This document shows positions 1 through 11,070 of a stretch of DNA of 64,000 nucleotides, one piece after another. Under the pieces are notes generated by a model. That model worked only from the letters and a program-made list of their open reading frames with translations. It was not told where the DNA came from and made no database searches. How positions within the stretch are numbered: the first letter of the stretch is position 1; every line of letters begins with the position of its first letter. Both the position numbers and the translations under genes were made by a program. The stretch is from the NCBI GenBank assembly GCA_963775895.1, contig CAVZKL010000009.1, positions 32,001-96,000 of the forward strand, read 5' to 3'. This DNA is from Candidatus Bathyarchaeota archaeon. Its GTDB lineage: Archaea; Thermoproteota; Bathyarchaeia; Bathyarchaeales; Bathycorpusculaceae.

Positions 1-1086
1 AAGAAAACCGTTGAAGCGGTTGGCAAAGATGGGCAGAAAGAGATTACACCTTACGATGCCCTCATAATTGCAACGGGCGCCAGTTCCTTTACGCCTCCAA
101 TCAAGGGAAAAGAAAAGCAAGGAGTGTACTCTCTTCGAACTCTTGAAGACGGAGACAGAATCGATCAAGAAGTACGAAAAGGTGCAAAAACAGCAGTCGT
201 GATGGGCGCAGGGCTGATAGGCCTTGAAACCGCGATAGCACTCCACGAAAGAGGATTAAAAGTAACGGTAGTAGAAATGCTGCCCCAAGTACTGCCCCTA
301 CCGCTGGATCCAGAAATGGCCAAAATACTGCAAGACATGCTTGAGCAGAAGGGAATAAGAATACTCACCGGAAAATGCGTCGACGAATTCCTTGGAACCG
401 ACAAGGTAACAGGCATAATGGCCGGCGGAGAAAAAATAGAAGCAGATCTGTTCGTGAGCGCCTTCGGAGTCAGATCAAACACTCAACTTGCAGTGAGCGC
501 AGGCATAGCTCTAGGTGAAACCAAAGCTATCAAAACTAACGCGCGAATGGAGACAAGCGTCAAAGACGTCTACGCGATAGGCGACTGCGCCGAGACGTTT
601 AACATAGTGACGCAGAAACCCACACTGCCACAACTGGGCACGGTGGCGGTGAGAACTGGAAAAGTCGCTGGAATCAACGCCGCAGGAGGATACTCAGTCT
701 TCACGGGTGCACTGGGATCGGCGATCTCGAGACTTTTTGAAACTGACTGCGGTTGGACAGGACTGACGGAAACGGCTGCAAAGAAAAACAGCATCGAAAC
801 AGTAACAGGTACAATTTCCTCAAAAACCAAAGCTGACTACTACCCAGGAGCCATGCCAATAAAGGTCAAGTTGGTGGCCGAAAAGGAATCACAGCGCATC
901 ATCGGCGCTCAAATAATCGGCGGAGAAGAGGTCACCCAACGCATCAATGCGATATCACTCGCTATACAAAGAGGAATGACTGCAAGAGACTTGTCAAAAG
1001 CAGACACGGCTTATGCACCGCCCGTTTGCGAAACATGGGAACCGTTCGTGCTAGCAGCGGAAATGGTACTGATGAAGTTCCGCTGA
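1..1086 (+). CDS. FAD-dependent pyridine nucleotide-disulfide oxidoreductase (NADH oxidase/CoA-disulfide reductase family), 5' truncated by window
   Basis: Frame is open from base 1 (YDALIIATGA). Motifs GAGLIGLE, YAIGDC and the C-terminal YAPP dimerisation motif. Confidence 0.9.
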   Translation, partial: KKTVEAVGKDGQKEITPYDALIIATGASSFTPPIKGKEKQGVYSLRTLEDGDRIDQEVRKGAKTAVVMGAGLIGLETAIALHERGLKVTVVEMLPQVLPLPLDPEMAKILQDMLEQKGIRILTGKCVDEFLGTDKVTGIMAGGEKIEADLFVSAFGVRSNTQLAVSAGIALGETKAIKTNARMETSVKDVYAIGDCAETFNIVTQKPTLPQLGTVAVRTGKVAGINAAGGYSVFTGALGSAISRLFETDCGWTGLTETAAKKNSIETVTGTISSKTKADYYPGAMPIKVKLVAEKESQRIIGAQIIGGEEVTQRINAISLAIQRGMTARDLSKADTAYAPPVCETWEPFVLAAEMVLMKFR

Positions 1087-1175
1087 ACTCAACCTCCTCT
1101 TTCTTTTGTACGCTTGCGGAAAATTAAATAACCTCCCTTCTTAGAATATTTCCGAACAAATAACGGTGAACATAA

Positions 1176-2189
<1,014 letters not shown>

Positions 2190-2261
2190 CAAAATCAAAA
2201 ACTCTATCCAAAATCTAAAATACCCTCCCTCATTTTTCCTCTTTACGAGGAGGACACCCAA

Positions 2262-3491
2262 ATGGCAAAATTCCTCACTTTAGATGATATCAAAGTCAAA
2301 GACAAAGTTGTTCTCGTCAGAGTCGACTTCAACTCCCCCATAGACCCAAAGACCCAAAAAATACTTGAAGACACAAGAATTCGCGCGCACGCTGAAACCA
2401 CGATTAAAGAACTCGCGGAAAAAGGCGCGAAAACGGTGATTCTCGCTCATCAAGGACGCAAAGGCGACCCTGACTTCATTCCGTTGAAACAGCACGCTGA
2501 AATATTGGGCAAAATACTGAAAAAACCAGTGAAATACGTTGACGACCTTTACGGAGAAAAAGCCAAAGCAGCGATAAAAACTCTCAGAAGCGGCGAAATC
2601 CTTGTTCTAGAAAACGTAAGAAACTTTCCACTCGAAACCAAAGATGGAACACCTGAAGACCAAGCGAAAACGGACCTTGTCAAGAATCTTGCGCCCCTCG
2701 CGGACTTTTTCGTCAATGACGCTTTTGCAGCTGCCCACAGAGCCCACGTATCCATGGTAGGTTTCACGCCCGTGTTACCAAGTGTAGCAGGACGTATAAT
2801 GGAAAGAGAACTCAAATCGCTGAACAAAGTGCTCGAAAACCCAAAGAAACCATGCGTCTTCATCTTTGGAGGAGCCAAGGCAGACGACTCTCTTGAAATT
2901 TCCAAGTACGTGCTAGACAAAGGAATCGCGACTCAAGTTCTCACCGGCGGAGTGATAGGACAGGTTTTCACCGTTGCAAAAGGCTATGACCTAGGCAAAG
3001 CAAACATGGAATTCCTAGAAAAGAATGACTCTATGAAACTCGTACCAGGCATAAAGGAACTCATGCAAAAGTACAAGGACAGCATCAAAACCCCCGAAGA
3101 TTTCGCCGTTGAAGAAGATGGAAAAAGAAAAGAAATCACAGCAAAAGAGTTGCCCACGAAATATCCGATGTTTGACATCGGAGCAAGAACAGTGAAGAGT
3201 TACGGGGAAATCATAAGCAAGGCAAAGTCCATAGTTATGAGTGGACCCATGGGAAAATATGAAGACAGCAAGTTCGCTTATGGAACAAGAGGCGTGTTAG
3301 AGAACGTCGCAAACTCCAAAGCATTTTCACTTGCTGGAGGCGGACACACGATAGCCGCTATAGAGCTTTTCAAATTGACTGACAAAATCTCTTACATAAG
3401 CACAGCCGGCGGAGCACTCATAGAGTTCCTCATGGGCAAAAAGTTACCAGGAGTCACCGCTCTAGAAAAAGCAGCATCAAAAAAACCCTAG
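2262..3491 (+). CDS. pgk: Phosphoglycerate kinase
   Basis: RVDFNSP, LAHQGR, LENVR, NDAFAAAHR, GGAK, STAGGA; follows gap. Confidence 0.97.
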   Translation: MAKFLTLDDIKVKDKVVLVRVDFNSPIDPKTQKILEDTRIRAHAETTIKELAEKGAKTVILAHQGRKGDPDFIPLKQHAEILGKILKKPVKYVDDLYGEKAKAAIKTLRSGEILVLENVRNFPLETKDGTPEDQAKTDLVKNLAPLADFFVNDAFAAAHRAHVSMVGFTPVLPSVAGRIMERELKSLNKVLENPKKPCVFIFGGAKADDSLEISKYVLDKGIATQVLTGGVIGQVFTVAKGYDLGKANMEFLEKNDSMKLVPGIKELMQKYKDSIKTPEDFAVEEDGKRKEITAKELPTKYPMFDIGARTVKSYGEIISKAKSIVMSGPMGKYEDSKFAYGTRGVLENVANSKAFSLAGGGHTIAAIELFKLTDKISYISTAGGALIEFLMGKKLPGVTALEKAASKKP

Positions 3492-3652
3492 CCTCTAATT
3501 TTTCCTTCATCGTTTGTGAGCAGGTTTTCTCCAGATTGCCCAATCAACTGGAAAATCCATTGCATGTTATCTTCGATGACTAGTATCATCTGGTCGAAAT
3601 AGCAAGTCAAAAATAAAGAGCCCACAGATAATAAAGACACAGAGGACAAACA

Positions 3653-5200
3653 TTGACCGATGTAATGTTGATTTTCGAGGTTCATCAGCCTCACCGGATC
3701 AAAAAAGACTTCTTCTGGGAGAACAGAATCTTCCGGCACGTGAAAAAAGAAGAGTTCTTTGAGTATTACTTTGACAAAGAGGGAAACAAGGAGATCTTCG
3801 ACAGAGCAAGCAGAAAATGTTATTTCCCATCAAACAACATTCTGCTCGAACTGATTGACAGGTACAAGAACGATAAGAAAAAGGTCAAAGTGTCATTCAG
3901 CGTATCGGGCGTTTTTCTTGAACAATGTGAAATGTTTAACACTGACCTGTTGGAAACCTTCAAACAGCTCGCAGAAACTGGTTGTGTCGAGTTTCTGAGC
4001 CAAACCTACTTTCATTCACTTGCCAGTCTGTACCCTGAAAGAGACGAATTCATTGAACAAGTGAAGATGCATCAACAGGTAATGAAAGACTTGCTTGACT
4101 ATACTCCAACAGTGTTCGAGAATACTGAATTGCTTTACAATAACGCGGTGGCACGCACCGTGGAAAAGTTAGGATACAAGGGAATTTTCACAGAAGGCGT
4201 CGAAAGAATACTACAAGGAAAATCACCAAACTACCTGTACTCGCCCAAAGATTCCAAAAAGATCAAAGTGCTCCTCCGCAATTACAAGCTGACCGACGAC
4301 ATAGGGTTCAGATTCTCAGCAAGGTGGTGGAACGAATGGCCACTCACTGCCGACAAGTACGCAAACTGGCTTTCATCCACACCAGGTGAATGCATAACCA
4401 TCTTTCCCGACTACGAAACCTTCGGAGAACACCATTGGCCTGAAACCGGCATCCACGACTTCCTTCGACACTTACCGAGTGAGATATTGAAATGGTGGAA
4501 CCTTCACATGTCCACTCCGTCAGAAGTTGCCGACAAATACACTTCCTCTGGTGAACTTGACGTTCCAGAACTTGGCGGAACAGTTTCTTGGGCCGACCTG
4601 GAAAGAGACGCGAGCTGTTGGCTCGGAAACGCCATGCAATGGGCGTATTACACAAGCCTTCGACGACTAGAACCGCTTGTGAAGGAAACGGAAGATGAGC
4701 AGTTCCTGAAGACGTGGAGATACTTCCAAACCAGTGATCACCTGTACTACATGTTTACTTCCGGAGGAGGACCAGGTGAAGTTCATTCTTATTTCAGCCC
4801 GTTCGGAACACCAGCAGACGCTTTCGTCACTGCGCAGGCAGCCATATTGGACTTCGAAAACAGGGTGAGAGTTGCGGCCGTCGTCGCCGATGAACCTTTC
4901 CTCTTCTACACGGGAGCAGGTGAGAAATACTACACTGGAACAATGATCTGGGGGCTGAGGGCTTTTGCAAAAGCCATCGCAAAAATCAGTTCGAAGTCAC
5001 TCGAATTCCACATTAAGCGTGGAGACTTCGAGAAATGGGCCGAAAAATCATTACAAGACACCGCGCTAGCCAAGGAACTCGAGAAAACAGCCCTTACCAA
5101 ACTGAAAGGAGAAGAGCTAAGAAAAGCGTTAGTGAACCTTCTAAAGAGAAGACTGGATGGTCTGAACACCGAAATTCAATCAGCAACTCGGTATTTCTAG
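3653..5200 (+). CDS. GH57 alpha-amylase with C-terminal DUF5752-like extension
   Basis: FEVHQP, FENTELLY, LTDDIGFRFS, DYETFGEH, QTSDHLYYM. The tail 'SLEFH..RGDFEKW' resembles DUF5752. Confidence 0.9.
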   Translation: MTDVMLIFEVHQPHRIKKDFFWENRIFRHVKKEEFFEYYFDKEGNKEIFDRASRKCYFPSNNILLELIDRYKNDKKKVKVSFSVSGVFLEQCEMFNTDLLETFKQLAETGCVEFLSQTYFHSLASLYPERDEFIEQVKMHQQVMKDLLDYTPTVFENTELLYNNAVARTVEKLGYKGIFTEGVERILQGKSPNYLYSPKDSKKIKVLLRNYKLTDDIGFRFSARWWNEWPLTADKYANWLSSTPGECITIFPDYETFGEHHWPETGIHDFLRHLPSEILKWWNLHMSTPSEVADKYTSSGELDVPELGGTVSWADLERDASCWLGNAMQWAYYTSLRRLEPLVKETEDEQFLKTWRYFQTSDHLYYMFTSGGGPGEVHSYFSPFGTPADAFVTAQAAILDFENRVRVAAVVADEPFLFYTGAGEKYYTGTMIWGLRAFAKAIAKISSKSLEFHIKRGDFEKWAEKSLQDTALAKELEKTALTKLKGEELRKALVNLLKRRLDGLNTEIQSATRYF

Positions 5201-5272
5201 ATCGCAGACACGCATTGTTTAATAACAAAAACTCAGAGAGTATGTCCCAGTAGTCAAATTGAAAGTGGGAAA

Positions 5273-5524
5273 ATGCGAGAAGAACTCCCTCTCTCAGAGA
5301 AAATCCTCCAAACACTGCACAACCTTTGTGCAACGGCTCCAGACCTTGCTAGAAGAAGCGAAGAACTCTCTCAAGTTATGGGTGTGAACCTTAATGAACT
5401 AGAAGGAATTCTCGATAATTTCAAGGCACAAGGGTTCGCGCAGAGTTTCACAGACAACGAAGGAAAAAAGCGCTACTACCTGACAGGAAGCGGAATAATA
5501 AAAGTCTGTGCACTTTTCACGTAG
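5273..5524 (+). CDS. Small winged-helix-like hypothetical protein
   Basis: 83 aa, HTH-like helices followed by 'RYYLT..G' wing; lies inside the operon. Confidence 0.6.
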   Translation: MREELPLSEKILQTLHNLCATAPDLARRSEELSQVMGVNLNELEGILDNFKAQGFAQSFTDNEGKKRYYLTGSGIIKVCALFT

Positions 5525-5534
5525 GGAAAAGCTG

Positions 5535-6158
5535 ATGCAAGTAATAGTGTTCTCATGGGAATACCCACCGCGAATTGTCGGGGAACTTGCAGATTACGTG
5601 AAGAATCTTGCATCTCAGCTCGTGAAGTATCAAACTCAACCGTACGTGGTCACTTATCATGACTACATTTCAGGAGAAAATGACGGGCCCGACGGAGTCA
5701 AAGCCTTTTGGGTGACGAACCCGGTTCACACACACATAGGTGTGCTCACATGGGTCTTAACCTTAAATCAAGAAGTTGAGAGAGTCGCGGCAAACATCTA
5801 CTATGACACAAAGAAGCAAGTAGACCTCATAGACGTGCACGACTGGCATTTCATTCCTGCCGCAACTACGTTGAAAAAAGCTCTAGGAATCCCATTTGTG
5901 TATTCGGTGGAAAGTCTAGAGGACCACAGATCTCACTTCGTCAACACGCCGTTCAACATGGCCATAAAAAGTATCGAATGGCTTGGATCGTACGAGGCGC
6001 AAGAGCTCATCGTCAAATCAGCATGGATGCGCAACGAGATCACAAGGTTGTACCAGACTCCGCGAGAAAAAGTAAAGGTAATCCTGCCACAGTCGAATGA
6101 CTGGGTGAAGGAAATCCTCAAAGTCTACCAAAACGTGGCAGAAAAGGGAGCAGACTGA
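5535..6158 (+). CDS. GT4 glycosyltransferase, N-terminal domain only
   Basis: SWEYPPRIVG and DVHDW; paralogous to the N-half of the next gene; no C-terminal EPFG domain. Confidence 0.8.
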   Translation: MQVIVFSWEYPPRIVGELADYVKNLASQLVKYQTQPYVVTYHDYISGENDGPDGVKAFWVTNPVHTHIGVLTWVLTLNQEVERVAANIYYDTKKQVDLIDVHDWHFIPAATTLKKALGIPFVYSVESLEDHRSHFVNTPFNMAIKSIEWLGSYEAQELIVKSAWMRNEITRLYQTPREKVKVILPQSNDWVKEILKVYQNVAEKGAD

Positions 6159-7375
6159 TGAACAATGCTTTGAGCGTAATGATGTTCACATGGGAATTTC
6201 CGCCAAGAATCATTGGCGGGATCTCTCCGCACGTGTACTACCTCTCAAAGAGCCTCGCTAGAAACGGCGTCAAAGTGTACGTGGTGACTTGCGATTTTCC
6301 TGGAGCACCCCAGCACGAGGTCTTGGACGGAGTTGAAATCTTCCGCATAGACTCCTACAAGAATCCATCACCTGATTTTGCCACATGGGTCTACATGATG
6401 AACGTGAACATGCAAAAGGAAGCAGCAAGCATCATAAGAGGGTTGGATGGTAACATCGACATTCTTCACGCTCACGACTGGCTCGTTGCCACCACAGGAA
6501 TTGGCCTGAAACATGTGTTCAGAAAACCGCTCTTCGCCACGATGCACTCAACAGAAATCGGACGCCGAAACGGAATACACTACGATTATGAAAGGATGAT
6601 TCATGAAACAGAAGCGTGGCTTACGTACGAGGCTTGGAAGGTGATATGCTGCAGCGAATACATGGTTTCACACGTTCGCTGGGCCTTCGGGCTTCCGCCA
6701 GACAAACAGATAATGATACCAAACGGCGTTAACTCCGAGGTCTATGCTGGCATTGAAAAGCAGAATTTGACGCAGTTCAGAAGCAGGTTTGCTTTGCCAG
6801 ATGAGAAAATCGTGCTTTTCGTCGGCAGACTTGTGTATGAAAAAGGAGTTCATGTGCTGGTAAACGCCGCTCAAAAAGTGCTTGACAAGGTGAACGCCAA
6901 ATTTATCATCGTCGGCAACGGCTACATGAAAGAACAGTTGTCAGCTCTTGTTAAGAGCATGGGAATAGACAGTAAAATCATGTTCACGGGGTTCGTTGAC
7001 GACGAAACACTCAGGAAACTGCAGACGTGCGCTGATGTTTCGGTCGTGCCATCACTTTTTGAGCCGTTCGGAATAGTTGCACTCGAAGCCATGGCGGCGA
7101 AGAGTCCCGTAGTAGTTTCAGACACAGGGGGACTCGGAGAAATAGTCGACCATGACGTCGACGGAGTGAAGGTTTATGCAGGAAACCCGGACTCATTGGC
7201 ATGGGGAATTATCAGAGTCTTAACAGACGAACCCAAGGCAAATAATCTGAAAAACCGGGCGTACAAGAGAATTCAGGAAAAATACAGTTGGGACAGAATA
7301 GCCCTACAGACACAAGACTCTTACAAGAGTGTCTTGAACGAATACTCTAGGAGTTTCTGGGCTCAGAAAAACTGA
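6158..7375 (+). CDS. GT4 glycosyltransferase (glycogen synthase-like)
   Basis: WEFPPRIIGG, HAHDW, GRLVYEKG, PSLFEPFGIVALEAMA. Confidence 0.92.
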   Translation: MNNALSVMMFTWEFPPRIIGGISPHVYYLSKSLARNGVKVYVVTCDFPGAPQHEVLDGVEIFRIDSYKNPSPDFATWVYMMNVNMQKEAASIIRGLDGNIDILHAHDWLVATTGIGLKHVFRKPLFATMHSTEIGRRNGIHYDYERMIHETEAWLTYEAWKVICCSEYMVSHVRWAFGLPPDKQIMIPNGVNSEVYAGIEKQNLTQFRSRFALPDEKIVLFVGRLVYEKGVHVLVNAAQKVLDKVNAKFIIVGNGYMKEQLSALVKSMGIDSKIMFTGFVDDETLRKLQTCADVSVVPSLFEPFGIVALEAMAAKSPVVVSDTGGLGEIVDHDVDGVKVYAGNPDSLAWGIIRVLTDEPKANNLKNRAYKRIQEKYSWDRIALQTQDSYKSVLNEYSRSFWAQKN

Positions 7376-7387
7376 CCGACTGAACAT

Positions 7388-8341
7388 TCACGGGTACGTT
7401 AGCTTGATAGCACCATGCTCACATGCGTCAACGCATTTCATGCAGTATATGCATTCTGGATGACTGAACTTTTCCCAAGGAAGATCTAGTATCGGTACAC
7501 GAGTCGGACACACCAAAACACAAGAGCGACAACCGCCCTTCTCGCATTTGAACGGTTCACGGCGCAAGCCGATGAAGCTGAACGTGTTCATGAAAGCCAT
7601 TATGGCACCGTGCGGACAAAGGTATCTGCAGAAGCTTCGGGGTACATAGGCAGCGAAAACTAAAACTAAGATCACAATGGCAAATTGCACCCAAAAAAGT
7701 GGTGGTAAACCAGAAATCCCATTCAGAATGTCGGAGCCCACATTTGCGGAAATCTGAAAACTCGAGACCAATCGCGGTATGGTCGCAAACAAAGTTTCTG
7801 AAGGACTGAGAACCGTGAAAGGTGCTTGTGCAAAAACGCCCAGAGCATTCGCATAAGAGGAACCTGATCCGGTCAGTTTTGACGCTGAAAAGGTCCCACT
7901 GATAAACAGGGTCGCTGCAAGCACAAAATACTTGACGTAAACCATGGTGTCGTGAGTTCGCGCCGACACGTCCGTCTGTCTTCTGCGGAAGTATCCAACA
8001 AGATCCTGAACAAAACCGAAAGGACACATCCATCCACACAACGCTTTGCCGATCAACACACCCACTATTACGAAAGACGCTAGGGCAAGCCAAGGAAACA
8101 GTACATATGTGAGGTTCCACCCGCCAAGCATAAGTTGCATGGCAGTAAAGGCATCGCCCACAGTGTTTGTCTTCAGCCCCCAAGTCCATAAGACTGGAAA
8201 CAAAACTGCCAAGGCGCCCACGTTGAACACGATGGCACTGAAGAAGACGAATGACAATAGCTGCACTATTCTGCGAGGCGTGTTGTATTTCAATAGTCTT
8301 TGCCGAATGTTTTTGTCACTCAATCGCTTCGCCTTCTCCAT
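7388..8341 (-). CDS. Membrane 4Fe-4S binding protein (NapH/MauN/YccM family)
   Basis: Multiple TM segments, two CxxxCP motifs (CGWMCPFG, CRYLCPHG), C-terminal ferredoxin CxxCxxCxxxC. Confidence 0.88.
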   Translation of the reverse strand: MEKAKRLSDKNIRQRLLKYNTPRRIVQLLSFVFFSAIVFNVGALAVLFPVLWTWGLKTNTVGDAFTAMQLMLGGWNLTYVLFPWLALASFVIVGVLIGKALCGWMCPFGFVQDLVGYFRRRQTDVSARTHDTMVYVKYFVLAATLFISGTFSASKLTGSGSSYANALGVFAQAPFTVLSPSETLFATIPRLVSSFQISANVGSDILNGISGLPPLFWVQFAIVILVLVFAAYVPRSFCRYLCPHGAIMAFMNTFSFIGLRREPFKCEKGGCRSCVLVCPTRVPILDLPWEKFSHPECIYCMKCVDACEHGAIKLTYP

Positions 8342-8493
8342 GCTCTAATGAAGGCCCGAGTTATTTATTTTCCGATGAGTTAAGCCTTTCTGAAAAATCT
8401 CAATGATTATGAATTGACAAAGCTATAGCCCGCAATAAAAAACTAACATTCGTAATTCGCTAAGACGCAAATATATGACTCATAAGAGGCTGT

Positions 8494-8832
8494 TTATGAC
8501 CCTTTGACCAGAAGCCTCATTTCAGTAACGAAGCTCGCCGTGTTTCGAGGCCTTTCAATTTGGAGTTTGCGTACTGACCCGTAGCTTGTCCAAATGTCTT
8601 CCAAGATCTTGCCCTCTATGACATATGCGCCGGATTTGCAGAAGTCCTCAAGACCCTTGGCGAACAACTCCAGCTTTTCGCCTATCTCATCCCGTTTTAC
8701 CGAGTAGTTCCTTTCCAAGTGCTTGTAGATCAGAAGAGTAGCTTCTTTTCCGAATATCTGCGTGAGGACTCGGTCTATGACCTTTGAGATTTTATCGTCT
8801 TTTGCAGCTGCTTGCTTCGTTAGGACTTGCAT
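8494..8832 (-). CDS. Conserved hypothetical small protein
   Basis: 112-aa ORF with 'L.QIFG..A..LI..HL' pattern, like small archaeal helical proteins. Confidence 0.6.
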   Translation of the reverse strand: MQVLTKQAAAKDDKISKVIDRVLTQIFGKEATLLIYKHLERNYSVKRDEIGEKLELFAKGLEDFCKSGAYVIEGKILEDIWTSYGSVRKLQIERPRNTASFVTEMRLLVKGS

Positions 8833-8924
8833 TGGACTACCAGCACGTATCTTGTCTATTACGACTTAATAAGTCTTGTCGTACGTCTGTTTTACACATC
8901 TACAGAAAAACCACGGTCACAAGC

Positions 8925-10214
8925 CTACAAAGTGAAGTCTCCAAGATTCAACTGTTGAACTCTTTTGGAGACTATTTTGGTTTCAGAGTGTTTCTCTGCG
9001 AGCACTAGCTGCCCGTAGACTCCATCATAACCAGGGATGACTTTGGCTTTCCGCTCGCGCACTCTCACGACGACGTCGGCAATCTCGTCGCCTGCAACCT
9101 CGCGCAACTGTTCTCGTGGAGCATCGATAACAACGGCATATTCGTTGCCAAACTTTGCCACAAGCGAATTGTAGATACTCCACACCTTCTGAGTGTAGGG
9201 AGAGTCCGAACCCAAGACCGTTGCAATTATCTCCGAAAGAGGCAACAAGCGCATGAAACCTATGGCTCCCTCAGGAGTGAAACCTTCGGGTCTGTCAGCC
9301 AACTCTTCGACCCGTTGTTCAACGCCTTTCGTAAGTTTCTTGCGACACACTGGGCAGATGTTCGCAAACTTGGTCGCTTCCTTCGATGAAAGAGACACAT
9401 TGCAATTTCTATGCCCAGTCCAATGATATTTCCCATAAGCCGGGTCTGTTTCTATCGTGAATCTAAACCGTAAAGGATCCTTTAGCTTAATAGCTTCGGT
9501 AATCTGCTCATAGCTTGCCTTTTTCAATTCGAAGACGTTGGACTCCCGTCCCATACGCCACGGCCAGAAGCTGTGACTGTCACTGTTGGATACCAATGCG
9601 AATTTGTCAAGCTTACTAAGGCGCCAGTTCATCGGGGGGTCGGAAGAGAGCCCTGTCTCTATAGCGTGAATGTGCTTGGTCATATCTTCGTAACATTCTT
9701 CAACACTTTCAAAACCGCTGAACGCACCGAAGATGCTGAACCATGGTGTCCAAGCATGAGCTGGAAAAATCATGTTAGCCGATGACGATTCCATGACCTC
9801 CTCAACTAGATTCGAAGCTGAAATGTTAAGCGTGGGCCTGCCGTCAATTCCCAAGTTTCCGTGCTTTGAAAGCCCATCGTTGATTTGTGCAGCAGCCTCG
9901 AGACTCGGCGAGAGTATGACATGGTGAACTTTCTTAACGTCGTTCTTGTGTTGGAAAATGGTGCAGACTTCAGTGGTTATCATGAAACGCACGGTTGGCG
10001 AGCTGTTATCTTTGAGTCTGTAAAGATGCGTATCCACATCTGGAACAAGGTTGTTGCGAAGCTCCTCAAACCATCGTGGGTGCGTGAAATCTCCTGTCCC
10101 CACAACGTTAAGACCCTTGATCTGTGCAAAACGTGCTATTTCTGAAACGCACATTCTTTCACTGGTCGCACGACTATAAGGGCCGTGAATGTGCAGATCA
10201 GCAATTACTCTCAA
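8925..10214 (-). CDS. endoQ: Endonuclease Q family (PHP domain plus Zn finger)
   Basis: ADLHIH, GTGDFTHP, HAWTPWFS, ETGLSSDP, SNSDSHS, GKYH, CPVC, PGYDGVYG. Start reset to TTG after a GGGTGA SD. Confidence 0.88.
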   Translation of the reverse strand: MRVIADLHIHGPYSRATSERMCVSEIARFAQIKGLNVVGTGDFTHPRWFEELRNNLVPDVDTHLYRLKDNSSPTVRFMITTEVCTIFQHKNDVKKVHHVILSPSLEAAAQINDGLSKHGNLGIDGRPTLNISASNLVEEVMESSSANMIFPAHAWTPWFSIFGAFSGFESVEECYEDMTKHIHAIETGLSSDPPMNWRLSKLDKFALVSNSDSHSFWPWRMGRESNVFELKKASYEQITEAIKLKDPLRFRFTIETDPAYGKYHWTGHRNCNVSLSSKEATKFANICPVCRKKLTKGVEQRVEELADRPEGFTPEGAIGFMRLLPLSEIIATVLGSDSPYTQKVWSIYNSLVAKFGNEYAVVIDAPREQLREVAGDEIADVVVRVRERKAKVIPGYDGVYGQLVLAEKHSETKIVSKRVQQLNLGDFTL

Positions 10215-10540
10215 ATCATTCACCCATCCTACACTAGTCGTGTTTTCGTGAATACACGTTCCACGAGTTTTCCTGCATCTCCTTACAGTAGAATAGCGGT
10301 CATGAAAGTTATACGATTTGCGCGCAGAGAATGAAGAACAGCAGAATTCAATGAACCTACTTCCCTGAAAATACGCTCTAAGCCCTCGAATCCTACCAAG
10401 CAACTGCAATGCTAAGAAGCACGCGTCACGCCTCTCGGGTACCTCGTGAATCAGAACGTATACCAATTGAACCATGGTGGCATCAGACTTAAATCAAGCC
10501 CGCAACTAAGAACAACAAGATTCTTCCAAGAGGTTTAGGA

Positions 10541-11068
10541 TTGGCATCGAAAAAAGAGCCTATCTGGATAGCAAGAGAACTATCGAAATGTAGCGGATGC
10601 AGAAAATGCGAAATTGCATGCTCACTCTTCCATGAGAACCGAATTTGGCCCACAGCTTCAAGAATAACAGTCTTCATGCTGGCTCCCGGGTTGGAGTTCC
10701 CACACTTCTGTGCGCAATGCGAAGATTATCCATGTGTTGGATCATGCCCGACCAAAGCCCTCTCGATAAGCAAGAAAACAGGCGCCGTACTCGTCGACAA
10801 CAAAAACTGCGTCGCCTGCGGCAAGTGCATAGTCGCCTGCCCTGGCAGAATCCCCCATATGCATCCTAGGGAGAAACACATCGTCATCTGCGATCTGTGC
10901 AATGGTGACCCACAATGCGTGAAAGCCTGCCGCGAAGGAAACTGGAACGTGCTCAAAACCGTCCCGAGAAACGAAGACGGCAACAAACTCTACGCAAGGA
11001 AGCCAGAAGAAATAGCCAGAGATCTGGGCGCCAAGATCTATGGAGACCAAGCGGAGGAATACTTGTGA
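10541..11068 (+). CDS. 4Fe-4S dicluster small subunit of AOR-family enzyme (WOR5-S/GorS-like)
   Basis: Four Cys clusters (CSGCRKCEIAC, CAQCEDYPCVGSCP, CVACGKCIVACP, CDLCNGDPQC); abuts the large subunit. Confidence 0.88.
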   Translation: MASKKEPIWIARELSKCSGCRKCEIACSLFHENRIWPTASRITVFMLAPGLEFPHFCAQCEDYPCVGSCPTKALSISKKTGAVLVDNKNCVACGKCIVACPGRIPHMHPREKHIVICDLCNGDPQCVKACREGNWNVLKTVPRNEDGNKLYARKPEEIARDLGAKIYGDQAEEYL

Positions 11069-11070
11069 TT

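Noticed and set aside
10215-10475. N-terminal extension of EndoQ in the ORF track
   Set aside because: The family N-terminus and SD point to TTG at 10214; the extension crosses the divergent promoter region
10915-11070. Long overlap or fusion of the AOR large subunit with the ferredoxin gene
   Set aside because: The family start MGYAGK is at 11071, just after the small-subunit stop
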